From a virus (taxonomy: Duplodnaviria; Caudoviricetes), in IMG/VR virus record IMGVR_UViG_3300017747_004654, positions 1 to 53,366 of that record: a stretch of 53,366 bases of DNA; one strand, given 5' to 3'. A program made the position numbers and the translations under genes. This document shows, one piece after another, positions 37,298 to 47,209 of this stretch. Position 1 is the stretch's first letter, and each line of letters begins with the position of its first letter. The notes under the pieces are model-generated. The model saw only the letters and a program-made list of their open reading frames with translations. It did no database searches and was not told the origin of the DNA.

Positions 37298-40179
37298 AAA
37301 GTGGAAATATAATTGGAGAAGGATTTGATGATTATGTTGAAAAACAAATAAATATAAGGCAAAAAAAACTTAGTGAATTAGATAAAACTAATGAAAGTAT
37401 TTTAGTTTTTAATTCTAGTGCTCCTTGGATTAGATTAGCATCTAGTGTTAATCTTACTGATGAAGATAGTAAAGTTAAAGAAATATTAGGGAGTAATTTT
37501 TCAAATTATAAAGGAAGTGAATTAGCTAAAAATTTTGTTTTATTTGGAGGAGTATCAACATATTCTGGAAATCATACTTCTGGAGTAGCTAGATCAAATA
37601 ATAGTCTTAATTTGAATAAGTCATATGGGTTTGGAGGATTAAATAATGGATTAGTTCCTTTACCTGGTATTGAATCTGTAAATATTACTAGTTATAATAG
37701 AGGTTCTTTAAGAAAAGCAGAAATTAAACTAAGAGCATACAACACACTCCAGTTTTATATAATAGATATATTATATATGAGAGTTGGTTATACTGCTTTA
37801 TTAGAATGGGGTCATTCTTTATATTTTAATAATAATGAAAATTATGAAAAAAATAATACATTTGTAACAACACCATATACTAATTTATTTTCAAAAAATT
37901 CTTTAAATCCAACCACACCCAACTTAAATAATATCCCCCAATCTAAGCCTACAGCTGCATCACAATTAGAAATAGCTATTGCCCGACAAAAAATACTTAA
38001 CCCTAATAATGTAACTCAATATAGTATCATAGAAGATATAGAAAAAGAAAGAGAATTAAGAAGTGGGAATTATGATGGTTTTTTTGGAAAAATAACTAGT
38101 TTTAATTGGTCTTTAACACCAAATGGAGCATATGATATAAATATTACTATGATTTCTATTGGAGATGTTATAGAATCTTTAAAAACTAACATTTCATTAA
38201 ATAATGAAATAATAAATAATGAAACCACTGATACAAAGGATACTGTAGAACCTGCTAAAAATATAGCAAGTACATTAATAGACCTAGGAAAACAAGCTAT
38301 TGACAGTAATAATGGTGAATACAAATTAACAACAATACCAGAATTTAATAATATTGAAAAACAACTAATTTCTATAACACCTAAAGGCAAAGATGAAAAA
38401 CCATATTATTATATAAAATTAGGAATATTATTACAAGTTATAGAACAACAATTATTAATATATAATAAACAATTTGGAGAAAAAGTACCTTATATTAAAA
38501 TAGATAATGATTTTGATAGAAATATATTTTTAACAGTCCCATACCAATTCTCATCAGATTATAACATATGTTTAATACCCACTACAGTTGCAACTGACCA
38601 AAATAATGGAATATCTTTATTACAAGATAAATTAGGAAGTCAAGTAAGAATAAGTGAAAATGTATATGCTGGAAAATTAATGCACATTCACATAAATATG
38701 GATATTATTCCTAAAATTTTGGATCAACTTATTGATGAAGATGGAAAAGTACCTATACTTTCTTTTTTAGAAACATTAATGGAGGAGATTCAAAAAGCTT
38801 TAGGAAATATAAACAAATTTACAGTTACATATGATGATATTACAAATACTTTAAAAATATTAGACGATAATCCTATTCCTTATTTAAAAAATATAACAGA
38901 ATTAAACTATCAAAATAAATTAACTACATTTAATATAAATGGAGTTCAATATGAAAAATTAGGAAGTTTTATTAATAGTATTGATTTAAAGGCTGAAATA
39001 AGCAATGAATTAGCAACTATAATAGCTGTAGGAGCTCAAGCTAGTGGAAATATTGTAGGAGCAAATGCTACTGCATTTTCAACCTGGAATAAAGGATTAA
39101 TAGATAGAATAATTCCTGAAAAAATAACAGCTGGTGAACCAGGAAGTAATTCAAATCCTTATACTACATTTATAAATAATGTTACACTAATTAATAATAT
39201 TTTATTAAGATTATATAAGGATTTTGATTGGTCATCAGATGAAGATATTAATACATTAACCCAATTATATACAGATACTTTAAATTATTATATGGGTTAT
39301 TTAGCACAAAATAATCAAATATCTCCTCCTGGATTTATTCCTTTTAATTTAGGATTAAATATGAAAGGATTATCAGGAATGAAATTATATCAAACTTTTA
39401 AAGTAACTGAAAATTTATTACCCCCAACATATAATAAAAATTTAAGATTTATTATAAAGAATTTAGATCATTCTATAGATAGTAATGGGTGGATAACTAA
39501 AATTCAATCACTCACTACAGGAGCAGATCCTTCTGGTTCATCATATACACCCCCACAAATAATTATAAATTCTTCCACTCCTGCTGAAGAAAATACCGGT
39601 AAAAGCTTAGCACCTGCAACAGGTAATACTGCAGATCAATCAAATATTGGTTCTTGTGGTTCACCTTCATTACTAAATAATAATATATTTAGTCCCCATA
39701 AAAATTTAAATACTGCTCAAAATATAATAGACCAAATACAAAAAATACAACCACCCCTTGTAAAATCTAGTGGATATTGTTCTCGTTATGCTTATAATTA
39801 TGCTGATAAATTTATTAACATCCCTTCAGGAGATCCAGGACCATCATTAAAACTAAGTGGAAAAGGAAATGCTAAAGACGATTCAACAAGAAATTTTTTA
39901 TATAGTATTGGTTATAAGTTAGATATAGTAGCTAAAAATTATACCAAAGCTAATATAATAAAATTAATAGACAGTCAACAATATAAACTTGGAGATATTG
40001 CTGTATATCATGCTAATGATGCACCTATTGATGCATACACTAAATATGGACATATAGCAATGTATATAGGAAATGGTAGATGGCTTTCAGATTTTAAACA
40101 TGGTTCATTTGTATACCGAAATAGTGGTGGTACTCACAATTGTTGGAATTTATACATATTAAGAGCACCTATTATATAA
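37294..40179 (+). CDS. Baseplate hub protein with a C-terminal NlpC/P60/CHAP-like amidase
   Basis: Hub-like N-terminal region; C-terminal SSGYCSRY...GDIAVY...YGHIAMY.G..WLSDF. Confidence 0.7.
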   Translation: MKSGNIIGEGFDDYVEKQINIRQKKLSELDKTNESILVFNSSAPWIRLASSVNLTDEDSKVKEILGSNFSNYKGSELAKNFVLFGGVSTYSGNHTSGVARSNNSLNLNKSYGFGGLNNGLVPLPGIESVNITSYNRGSLRKAEIKLRAYNTLQFYIIDILYMRVGYTALLEWGHSLYFNNNENYEKNNTFVTTPYTNLFSKNSLNPTTPNLNNIPQSKPTAASQLEIAIARQKILNPNNVTQYSIIEDIEKERELRSGNYDGFFGKITSFNWSLTPNGAYDINITMISIGDVIESLKTNISLNNEIINNETTDTKDTVEPAKNIASTLIDLGKQAIDSNNGEYKLTTIPEFNNIEKQLISITPKGKDEKPYYYIKLGILLQVIEQQLLIYNKQFGEKVPYIKIDNDFDRNIFLTVPYQFSSDYNICLIPTTVATDQNNGISLLQDKLGSQVRISENVYAGKLMHIHINMDIIPKILDQLIDEDGKVPILSFLETLMEEIQKALGNINKFTVTYDDITNTLKILDDNPIPYLKNITELNYQNKLTTFNINGVQYEKLGSFINSIDLKAEISNELATIIAVGAQASGNIVGANATAFSTWNKGLIDRIIPEKITAGEPGSNSNPYTTFINNVTLINNILLRLYKDFDWSSDEDINTLTQLYTDTLNYYMGYLAQNNQISPPGFIPFNLGLNMKGLSGMKLYQTFKVTENLLPPTYNKNLRFIIKNLDHSIDSNGWITKIQSLTTGADPSGSSYTPPQIIINSSTPAEENTGKSLAPATGNTADQSNIGSCGSPSLLNNNIFSPHKNLNTAQNIIDQIQKIQPPLVKSSGYCSRYAYNYADKFINIPSGDPGPSLKLSGKGNAKDDSTRNFLYSIGYKLDIVAKNYTKANIIKLIDSQQYKLGDIAVYHANDAPIDAYTKYGHIAMYIGNGRWLSDFKHGSFVYRNSGGTHNCWNLYILRAPII

Positions 40180-40185
40180 TATAAA

Positions 40186-40830
40186 ATGTATACACCTTTA
40201 TCAAAGATAAAAACAAATTTATATACTAATGGAGAAGAATATATTTTAAAAAATTCTCCGTATGTTGGATTTTATTATAAGTTATATAATGGACAAGCTT
40301 TTACTGGAAAAAATCCAAATGATTCTCCAACAGAAGAATTAACCCCTATAATAACTAAATTTTCTCCTGAGAATAGTAATTTTAAAACCAATAAAATAAT
40401 AACATTTGATTATATATCAGTAGTAAATGAAGATTTATTAAACAAAACTAATAGTGAACTAATTTTAAATTACAATAAATTAAAAAACATAACAGAACAA
40501 AATTATCAACCGAATAATATTCCCGTTATTTACTATCCTTCACCAACTCCTTCAGATTATCAATTAAGTGAATTTACAAGATATTTTTGTAAAAAAACCA
40601 ATCAAAACATATACATAGAAATATCTTTAGATTATTATACTAAATTAACTAATCAAGACCCTACATCATTATTTACACTATATTTCCCATTTAAAATGCA
40701 ATGGAAAATAAGTGGTGATAAAGAACAAGTATTTTTAACTAATAAAAACATGACTAAATATACTGAAAATCAATTTAAATTACCTGGTTTAGGAGTATAT
40801 TTAAAAGATTATTTAAAATTTTATAAATAA
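40186..40830 (+). CDS. Hypothetical tail/baseplate-associated protein
   Basis: End of the tail operon; YTNG.EY, P.PT..DY...RYF. Confidence 0.55.
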   Translation: MYTPLSKIKTNLYTNGEEYILKNSPYVGFYYKLYNGQAFTGKNPNDSPTEELTPIITKFSPENSNFKTNKIITFDYISVVNEDLLNKTNSELILNYNKLKNITEQNYQPNNIPVIYYPSPTPSDYQLSEFTRYFCKKTNQNIYIEISLDYYTKLTNQDPTSLFTLYFPFKMQWKISGDKEQVFLTNKNMTKYTENQFKLPGLGVYLKDYLKFYK

Positions 40831-40837
40831 AAAATAT

Positions 40838-40907
40838 ACGGTTTAGGACCGTTATAGCTGCGGCTATATTAAAAGCACCCCCAAATCGCTATCAGGGGTG
40901 CTTTTTT
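40838..40907 (+). ncRNA. Candidate structured RNA: two hairpins plus a terminator
   Basis: ACGGTT/GACCGT, TATAGC/GCTATA and AAAAGCACCCC/GGGGTGCTTTT stems forming a GC-rich island. Confidence 0.5.
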
Positions 40908-40939
40908 AAACTTAGGTAAATTAATAAATTCAATTAAAG

Positions 40940-40971
40940 CTTGATATTTTAAAAGATTTTATTTATATTAG
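40940..40971 (+). promoter_or_regulatory. Host-type promoter
   Basis: CTTG-N20-TATATTAG upstream of the polymerase gene. Confidence 0.65.
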
Positions 40972-40989
40972 AGTAAATAGTTATGAAAA

Positions 40990-42273
40990 ATGTCGTTTTG
41001 GTTAATAGAAAACAAAGAACAATTAGATTATTTTCAATCTAAAAATTATAAAAAGGTATTTATTGAATTAATTCTAGGAAATAATAATTATCATCCTACA
41101 TTAAATAATCTTTCTTTAATTTATATAAGACCGTTATCAGCGCATAAAGGATACATGGTGGCCATTTCGCACAGTGAGACTTTATCTTGCAATATAACGC
41201 ATATAGACGCGTTATTACGCACGTATGATGAAGTGTATGTTCGCGATAAAAAAAATTATATGTATTTTTTTCAATTAAAAAGTGTTTTAGATATTAATTT
41301 TATTGAAAAAACACCAGATGAAAATTTACCATTTGTTTTTAATCATTTTTATAATTTATATTCTGATAATAAAGATATAAACAAAATAATTCCTGTAGTA
41401 AAACATTATGAAAGATGTGAAGAATTATATAAAATTGTAAAACCTATTATTGATAAACCATTACCAAACCATTTTAATTTTTACAATAAAAATTTAACAA
41501 ATATTTTTTGGTTTATAGAACAAGAAGGATTAAAAATAGATAAAGATTTATTACACAATCTTAACCTACATAATTCAAATTATTCTATAGATGATAGTAA
41601 AATATATAGTAAATATAATTTATATAATATTACTGGAAGGCCTTCAAATAGTTTTAATGGATTAAATTTTCTTTCATTAAATAAAAAAACCGGCCAAAGA
41701 AAAACAATCATTCCAGATAATGATTATTTATTAGAAATAGATATAAGTGCATATCATCCTACATTAGCAAGTCAATTAATAGAATATAATTTTTACAAAA
41801 ACCCATATGAATTACTATCAGAAGAATTGAATATGGGTGTTGGGGAAGCTAAATTAAAAATGTTTGAAGTTATATATGGTGGAAATTTTAAAGGATTAGA
41901 AAATATAGAATTTTTTTCAAAATTAAAAAAATTTATTGAAAGTTTATGGGAAGAATTTAATAAAGTAGGATATGTAGAAGAATCTATAAGCGGGTTTAGA
42001 TTTTACAAAAAAGATTTTAATAAAGAAATGAATAAATATAAATTATTCAATTACTTATTACAATGTAAAGAAACAGCACAAAATGTTGTTATATTAAAGA
42101 AAATAATTACATTATTGAAAGATAAGGAAAGTAAAATAATATTATACACTTATGATTCGTTTTGTTTAGACATGAAAAAAGAAGAAAATAATATTATTAA
42201 TGATATATTAGATATATTTAAAAATTTTAAATTAAATACAAAAATAAAAGAAGGGGTAAATTATGATTTTTGA
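40990..42273 (+). CDS. Compact family-A DNA polymerase-like protein
   Basis: TGRPSN, motif A LEIDISAYHP, motif B AK...F..IYGG, motif C YTYDSF. Confidence 0.75.
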   Translation: MSFWLIENKEQLDYFQSKNYKKVFIELILGNNNYHPTLNNLSLIYIRPLSAHKGYMVAISHSETLSCNITHIDALLRTYDEVYVRDKKNYMYFFQLKSVLDINFIEKTPDENLPFVFNHFYNLYSDNKDINKIIPVVKHYERCEELYKIVKPIIDKPLPNHFNFYNKNLTNIFWFIEQEGLKIDKDLLHNLNLHNSNYSIDDSKIYSKYNLYNITGRPSNSFNGLNFLSLNKKTGQRKTIIPDNDYLLEIDISAYHPTLASQLIEYNFYKNPYELLSEELNMGVGEAKLKMFEVIYGGNFKGLENIEFFSKLKKFIESLWEEFNKVGYVEESISGFRFYKKDFNKEMNKYKLFNYLLQCKETAQNVVILKKIITLLKDKESKIILYTYDSFCLDMKKEENNIINDILDIFKNFKLNTKIKEGVNYDF

Positions 42274-42284
42274 ACAGTATAAGG

Positions 42285-42293
42285 ATATTTATA
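42285..42293 (+). promoter_or_regulatory. Late-type motif ATATTTATA
   Basis: Exact motif; suggests the downstream start is ATG 42326. Confidence 0.5.
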
Positions 42294-42325
42294 ATTGTTA
42301 TGATTATGATTCTAGTATAGATAAC

Positions 42326-42712
42326 ATGCAAAATAAATTACTGTGTACTTTTACTACTAATGAAGATATAGAAGATCTTATAAGTCATCTTTCATCTACA
42401 TATAGTATTATGTATAATAAAATTTTTGTATTAAAAATACTTAATGAAGACGAAATAGTATGTACATATAATATAGATCAGGGAAATGTAGATAGTATCC
42501 CTTCAAATACTATATTAGTACATCGTAAAAAAGAAACAAATTCTCTATACACCATAAACGCACTAAATGAATTAATAAAATCATTAAATGGTGGTCAACT
42601 CAACAACAATTTTAAAATAAATTGGGATAATTACAGAAATACTATCCTATTAACTAGGCAATCTGAATTAAAACAATTGAAAACCAAAATTTACAAAATT
42701 GTTGAAGTTTAA
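42326..42712 (+). CDS. Hypothetical protein
   Basis: LLCTF...CTYN...TILVHRKKETNSLYTINALN; the ORF track starts at 42263, in-frame ATG 42326 preferred. Confidence 0.6.
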   Translation: MQNKLLCTFTTNEDIEDLISHLSSTYSIMYNKIFVLKILNEDEIVCTYNIDQGNVDSIPSNTILVHRKKETNSLYTINALNELIKSLNGGQLNNNFKINWDNYRNTILLTRQSELKQLKTKIYKIVEV

Positions 42713-42744
42713 TTTGGTTTATTAAAAAGGTTTTATTATTTTGT
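42713..42744 (+). promoter_or_regulatory. Host-type promoter
   Basis: TTTG-N20-TATTTTGT; shares TTTGGTTTATTAAA with the promoter at 54. Confidence 0.55.
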
Positions 42745-42766
42745 TATAAATTAAAAAAAATAGATT

Positions 42767-43639
42767 ATGGATTTAAATTCAATTAAAAACAAACTCGGTT
42801 CTTTACAAAAAAGAGAAAACAAAGACAAAAAAGAAAAAATTGATTACACAAAGTATATTTGGAAACCCAAAAGTGAAGGAAAATATCAAATTAGATTTGT
42901 TCCTAATAAATTTAATAACGAATACCCATTCAAAGAAGTATTTATTCATTATGGTTATACTAAATACCCATTGTATGCTTTAACTAATTGGGGTGAAAAA
43001 GATCCAATTGTTGAATTTGCTAAAGAATTACGTAAAACTAATGATAGAGAAAATTGGTCTTTAGCTAAAAAATTAGACCCCAAAATGCGTATATTCGCCC
43101 CAGTAATTATTAGAGGTGAAGAAGATAAAGGTGTACGTTGGTGGGAATTTGGTAAAGAAATTTATATGCAGCTGTTAGGAATTGCTGAAGATGAAGATTA
43201 TGGTGATTACACTGATATAAATGAAGGACGTGATTTCACAGTTGAAGCCGTGTTAGGTGATGTTGGAGGAAGAAAAAATAGTATTAAATGTAATTTAAGA
43301 ATTAAACCAAAAACATCACAGTTGAGTTCTAATGCTAAGGAAGTTGAAAAATGGTTAGAAGAACAAACTGATATTTTAGATATTCAAATAAAACATGATT
43401 TTAATAAAATAAAAGAAATTCTCCATAATTTCCTATCTCCTGAAGAAGAAGCTGAAGAAGTTGAAGAAGTTGAAGAGACTGAAGATACCGAAGAAACTGA
43501 AGAGACTAATAAAAATGGTACTGATTTACCATGGGAAAACAATTCTAAAAAATCTTCTAAAGCTGACAATTATACATTAAATACTTCAAAATCTAAAAAA
43601 CAAAAGTTTGATGAGCTTTTTGAAGATGATGAAAAATAA
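42767..43639 (+). CDS. Single-stranded DNA-binding protein (gp32-like)
   Basis: WKP....IRFVP, DPI.E, WEFGK.IY, D...GRDF, acidic C-terminal tail. Confidence 0.85.
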   Translation: MDLNSIKNKLGSLQKRENKDKKEKIDYTKYIWKPKSEGKYQIRFVPNKFNNEYPFKEVFIHYGYTKYPLYALTNWGEKDPIVEFAKELRKTNDRENWSLAKKLDPKMRIFAPVIIRGEEDKGVRWWEFGKEIYMQLLGIAEDEDYGDYTDINEGRDFTVEAVLGDVGGRKNSIKCNLRIKPKTSQLSSNAKEVEKWLEEQTDILDIQIKHDFNKIKEILHNFLSPEEEAEEVEEVEETEDTEETEETNKNGTDLPWENNSKKSSKADNYTLNTSKSKKQKFDELFEDDEK

Positions 43640-43654
43640 TTAAAATTATAGAAA

Positions 43655-44746
43655 ATGACAAAACAAAATTCAATAACGGCTGCTGTATCACAGCAGTTGA
43701 AAGCTAAATTTGACCTTGAAAAATTTAAAGAAAAAAAATCTTTAAATAATAATGTTAAATTTAAAGAACAAAAATGGATTCCATTTTCATCTGCTGTAAA
43801 GAATGCTCTTAGCATCCCCGGCATCCCCATGGGTCATATTACTATAGCAAGAGGTGGATCAGATACTGGAAAAACTACTCTTTTAATAGAGGCAGCAGTA
43901 TCTGCCCAAAAAATGGGTATATTACCTGTTTTTATAATTACAGAAATGAAATGGGATTTTTCCCATGCTCAAAAAATGGGATTTAAACTTGAAGCTATTC
44001 CTAACTCAGAAAATGGTTCAGTAGATTATAGAGGATTTTTCTTATATATTGATAGATCATCCTTAAATACTATTGAAGATGTTTCAGCTTTTATAGCAGA
44101 TTTATTAAATGAACAAACCAAAGGAAATTTACCATATGATTTATTATTTCTTTGGGATTCAGTAGGTTCAATTCCATGTCAAATGAGTATGGATAATGGT
44201 AGAAATAATCCTATGTGGAATGCTGGAGCAATGGCTACACAATTTGGTAACTTTATTAATCAAAAATTCCCATTATCTCGAAAAGAAAATTATCCACACA
44301 TTAATACATTTTTTGTAATTAATAAAACAGGTGTACAACCAGCAGAAACTCCTATGTCCCAACCTAGAATGACTAATAAAGGAGGAAATGCAATGTATTG
44401 GGATGCTTCTATTGTTATAACTTTTGGAAATGTTACCAATAGTGGTACTTCAAAAATTAAAGCAGTTAAAAATAAGAAAAATGTAGAATTTGCTAAACGT
44501 ACTAAAATTGCCATTGATAAAATCCATGCGGATTGTGGTATAGCTACTAGATCAACAGTAATAGTTACACCCCATGGTTTTATTGATGATGATGTTAAAG
44601 CTATAGATAGATATAAAAAAGATTATTCTAAAGAATGGTTTCCTGATGGAGGGGGTGGAGATATTCAAATAATTGAAGATAATTCTGAATGGGAAGAAAG
44701 TAGAAGTATTTCACCTATAATTGAAATAGATAATAATGATGATTAA
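43655..44746 (+). CDS. uvsX: RecA/UvsX-like recombinase
   Basis: GIPMGHI...G.SDTGKTT, WDSVGS, GG.A. Confidence 0.85.
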   Translation: MTKQNSITAAVSQQLKAKFDLEKFKEKKSLNNNVKFKEQKWIPFSSAVKNALSIPGIPMGHITIARGGSDTGKTTLLIEAAVSAQKMGILPVFIITEMKWDFSHAQKMGFKLEAIPNSENGSVDYRGFFLYIDRSSLNTIEDVSAFIADLLNEQTKGNLPYDLLFLWDSVGSIPCQMSMDNGRNNPMWNAGAMATQFGNFINQKFPLSRKENYPHINTFFVINKTGVQPAETPMSQPRMTNKGGNAMYWDASIVITFGNVTNSGTSKIKAVKNKKNVEFAKRTKIAIDKIHADCGIATRSTVIVTPHGFIDDDVKAIDRYKKDYSKEWFPDGGGGDIQIIEDNSEWEESRSISPIIEIDNNDD

Positions 44747-45771
44747 TGGATAAAAATTTATTTAAAATTTTAGATGGAATAAATAAAGATGAAAATAATA
44801 CTCCCAAACATGAAAGAATATTACTTATAGATGGTTTAAATCTATTTTTTAGAAATTTTGCTGTTTTAAATTATATAAACCAAGATGGAGTTCATATTGG
44901 GGGATTAGGAGGATTTTTACGTTCATTAGGGTTTCTAATTAACCAAACCAAACCTACTTCAGTGTATATTGTATTTGATGGTGAAGGTTCTTCTATGAAT
45001 AGAAAAACTCTACTACCAGAATATAAATCAAATAGAAATAACAATAAAGTAGTAAATTGGAAAACATTTAATGATGTTGAAGAAGAAAACAATGCTAAAA
45101 TAGATCAAATTTCTAGGTTAATTTTATATCTTAGATGTCTTCCTGTTAAAATAATATCTTTACCCAAAACAGAAGCAGATGATGTTATTGCTTATTTAAG
45201 TAAAATTTTATCAAAAAATCCTAAAAATAAAACTTTTATCATATCTAATGATCAAGATTATTTTCAATTAATAACAGATAATATTACTGTATATAAACCA
45301 ACAGATAAAGAATATTATACTAAAGAAATATTATATAAAAAATATAATATTTTACCTGAAAATTTTATTCTGTATAAAACATTATTAGGAGATGCTTCCG
45401 ATAAAATTCAAGGGATTAAAGGATTAGGTAAAAAAGGTATATTAAAAAAATTCCCCGAACTATCAGAAAAAATATTATCTTTAGAGGATATTTTTAAGAT
45501 ATGTGAAAAAAAATATCAAGAACATATTGTTTATTCAAGAATAATTTTTGAAAAAAATAAAATATTGGATAACTATAGATTAATGAATCTACATAATCCA
45601 TTTTTAGATGATAATGATAAAATTTTCTTAAATGAATGTGTAAATTCTCCTAATAATAGTTTGAATGTTAAAGATTTTATTGTACTTTATAATCAAGATG
45701 GATTAAACAATGTTATAAAAAATGTAAATTTTTGGATTAAAGATAATTTTTTAACTTTAAATAGTTTTTAA
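44746..45771 (+). CDS. 5'-3' exonuclease/flap endonuclease (T4 RNase H-like)
   Basis: LIDGLN, VFDG, YK.NR, EADDVIA, SNDQD, GD.SD.I.GIKGLG. Confidence 0.9.
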   Translation: MDKNLFKILDGINKDENNTPKHERILLIDGLNLFFRNFAVLNYINQDGVHIGGLGGFLRSLGFLINQTKPTSVYIVFDGEGSSMNRKTLLPEYKSNRNNNKVVNWKTFNDVEEENNAKIDQISRLILYLRCLPVKIISLPKTEADDVIAYLSKILSKNPKNKTFIISNDQDYFQLITDNITVYKPTDKEYYTKEILYKKYNILPENFILYKTLLGDASDKIQGIKGLGKKGILKKFPELSEKILSLEDIFKICEKKYQEHIVYSRIIFEKNKILDNYRLMNLHNPFLDDNDKIFLNECVNSPNNSLNVKDFIVLYNQDGLNNVIKNVNFWIKDNFLTLNSF

Positions 45772-45826
45772 AATTATATAGGTTATAATTAAATTAAAGT
45801 TTTGTTTTTAAAATAATAATCACAAT

Positions 45827-47206
45827 ATGACATTACAATCACTAGACAAATACGGATTTTCATTTCAAGTAAAAGTAATTGCTTCATTACTAACTGATAA
45901 AATTTTTTTGACAAATATTAATGATTCTTTAGATATAGAATATTTTTCTAATCAAAGTCATAAATGGGTTATACAACAAATACTTCAATATTATTCTAAA
46001 TATAATACATTTCCAACAATGGAAATTTTAAAAATAGAATTAAAAAAAATAGATAATGAAGTATTACAAATTGCAGTTAAAGAACAATTAAAAGAAGCAT
46101 ATGTTGCTTCCGAACAAGATTTAAGATATATTAAGGAAGAGTTTTTAAATTTTTGTAAAAATCAAAAATTAAAAAACGCGTTATTAGGTTCAGTAGATTT
46201 ATTACGCGCAAATGATTATGATTCAATAAGAACTCTCATTAATAACGCGCTTAAAGCGGGTCAAGACCAAAATATAGGGATGGAATATGAAAAAGATATT
46301 GAATCTAGATATAGAGAAAATAGTAGAAAAGAAATACCATTTCCTTGGAAAACTCTTAATAATATAACCCAAGGAGGATATGGTAAAGGAGATTTAGTAT
46401 TAATTTTTGGAAACCCAGGAGGAGGAAAATCATGGTCTTTAATTAGTATGGCTGCTGAAGCTGCTAAATCCGGAAAAAATGTAGTGTATTATACTTTAGA
46501 ATTAGATGATACATATATTGGAAAAAGATTAGATGCTTATTTTACAGGTATTCCTGTAGATAAAATTGATAAACATCGAAAAGAAGTTGAACAAGCAATG
46601 GAAAATATTCCTGGTAAAATAATTGTTATGGGATATCCACCTAAAAAAGCATCTTTAATAACTGTAGAAAAACATTTAGAACAATTAAAAAATAACCATG
46701 ATTTTGAAGCAGATGTTGTTTTTATAGATTATTTAGATTTATTAAAAAATAGAGGTTCTAGAAAAGAAAGAAAAGATGATATTGATGATGTTTATACTGA
46801 AGCTAAAGGTTTGGCTAAAGAATTAGAAATCCCAATCGTTTCTCCATCTCAAGCTAATCGATCCGGAACTGGAAAATCAATATTAGAAGGAGAACATATT
46901 GCTGGTAGTTTTGATAAATTAATGATTGGAGATATAGTAATATCCTTAGCAAGAACTAGAAAAGATAAATTACAAGGTACTGGAAGATGGCATATAATGA
47001 AAAATAGATATGGTCCTGATGGAATGAGTTATTTATCAAGTATAGATACTACTACTGGAAAGATAGAAATAGATGAAGAACAAATAGACATAGAAGATGA
47101 AAAAGATTTTAATGAAAATAAAAAAAGTAATTCTTATAGTAATATAAATAATGATGAAAAAGATTTTTTAAAAAGAAAATTCTTTGAATTAGAAACTAAT
47201 ACTTAA
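45827..47206 (+). CDS. Replicative DnaB-like helicase (gp41-like)
   Basis: GNPGGGKS, YTLEL, FIDYLD, SQANR, KNRYG. Confidence 0.9.
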   Translation: MTLQSLDKYGFSFQVKVIASLLTDKIFLTNINDSLDIEYFSNQSHKWVIQQILQYYSKYNTFPTMEILKIELKKIDNEVLQIAVKEQLKEAYVASEQDLRYIKEEFLNFCKNQKLKNALLGSVDLLRANDYDSIRTLINNALKAGQDQNIGMEYEKDIESRYRENSRKEIPFPWKTLNNITQGGYGKGDLVLIFGNPGGGKSWSLISMAAEAAKSGKNVVYYTLELDDTYIGKRLDAYFTGIPVDKIDKHRKEVEQAMENIPGKIIVMGYPPKKASLITVEKHLEQLKNNHDFEADVVFIDYLDLLKNRGSRKERKDDIDDVYTEAKGLAKELEIPIVSPSQANRSGTGKSILEGEHIAGSFDKLMIGDIVISLARTRKDKLQGTGRWHIMKNRYGPDGMSYLSSIDTTTGKIEIDEEQIDIEDEKDFNENKKSNSYSNINNDEKDFLKRKFFELETNT

Positions 47207-47209
47207 TTT

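Noticed and set aside
43440-43510. GAAGAA-type tandem repeats in the SSB and scaffold genes
   Set aside because: Explained by acidic low-complexity protein sequence
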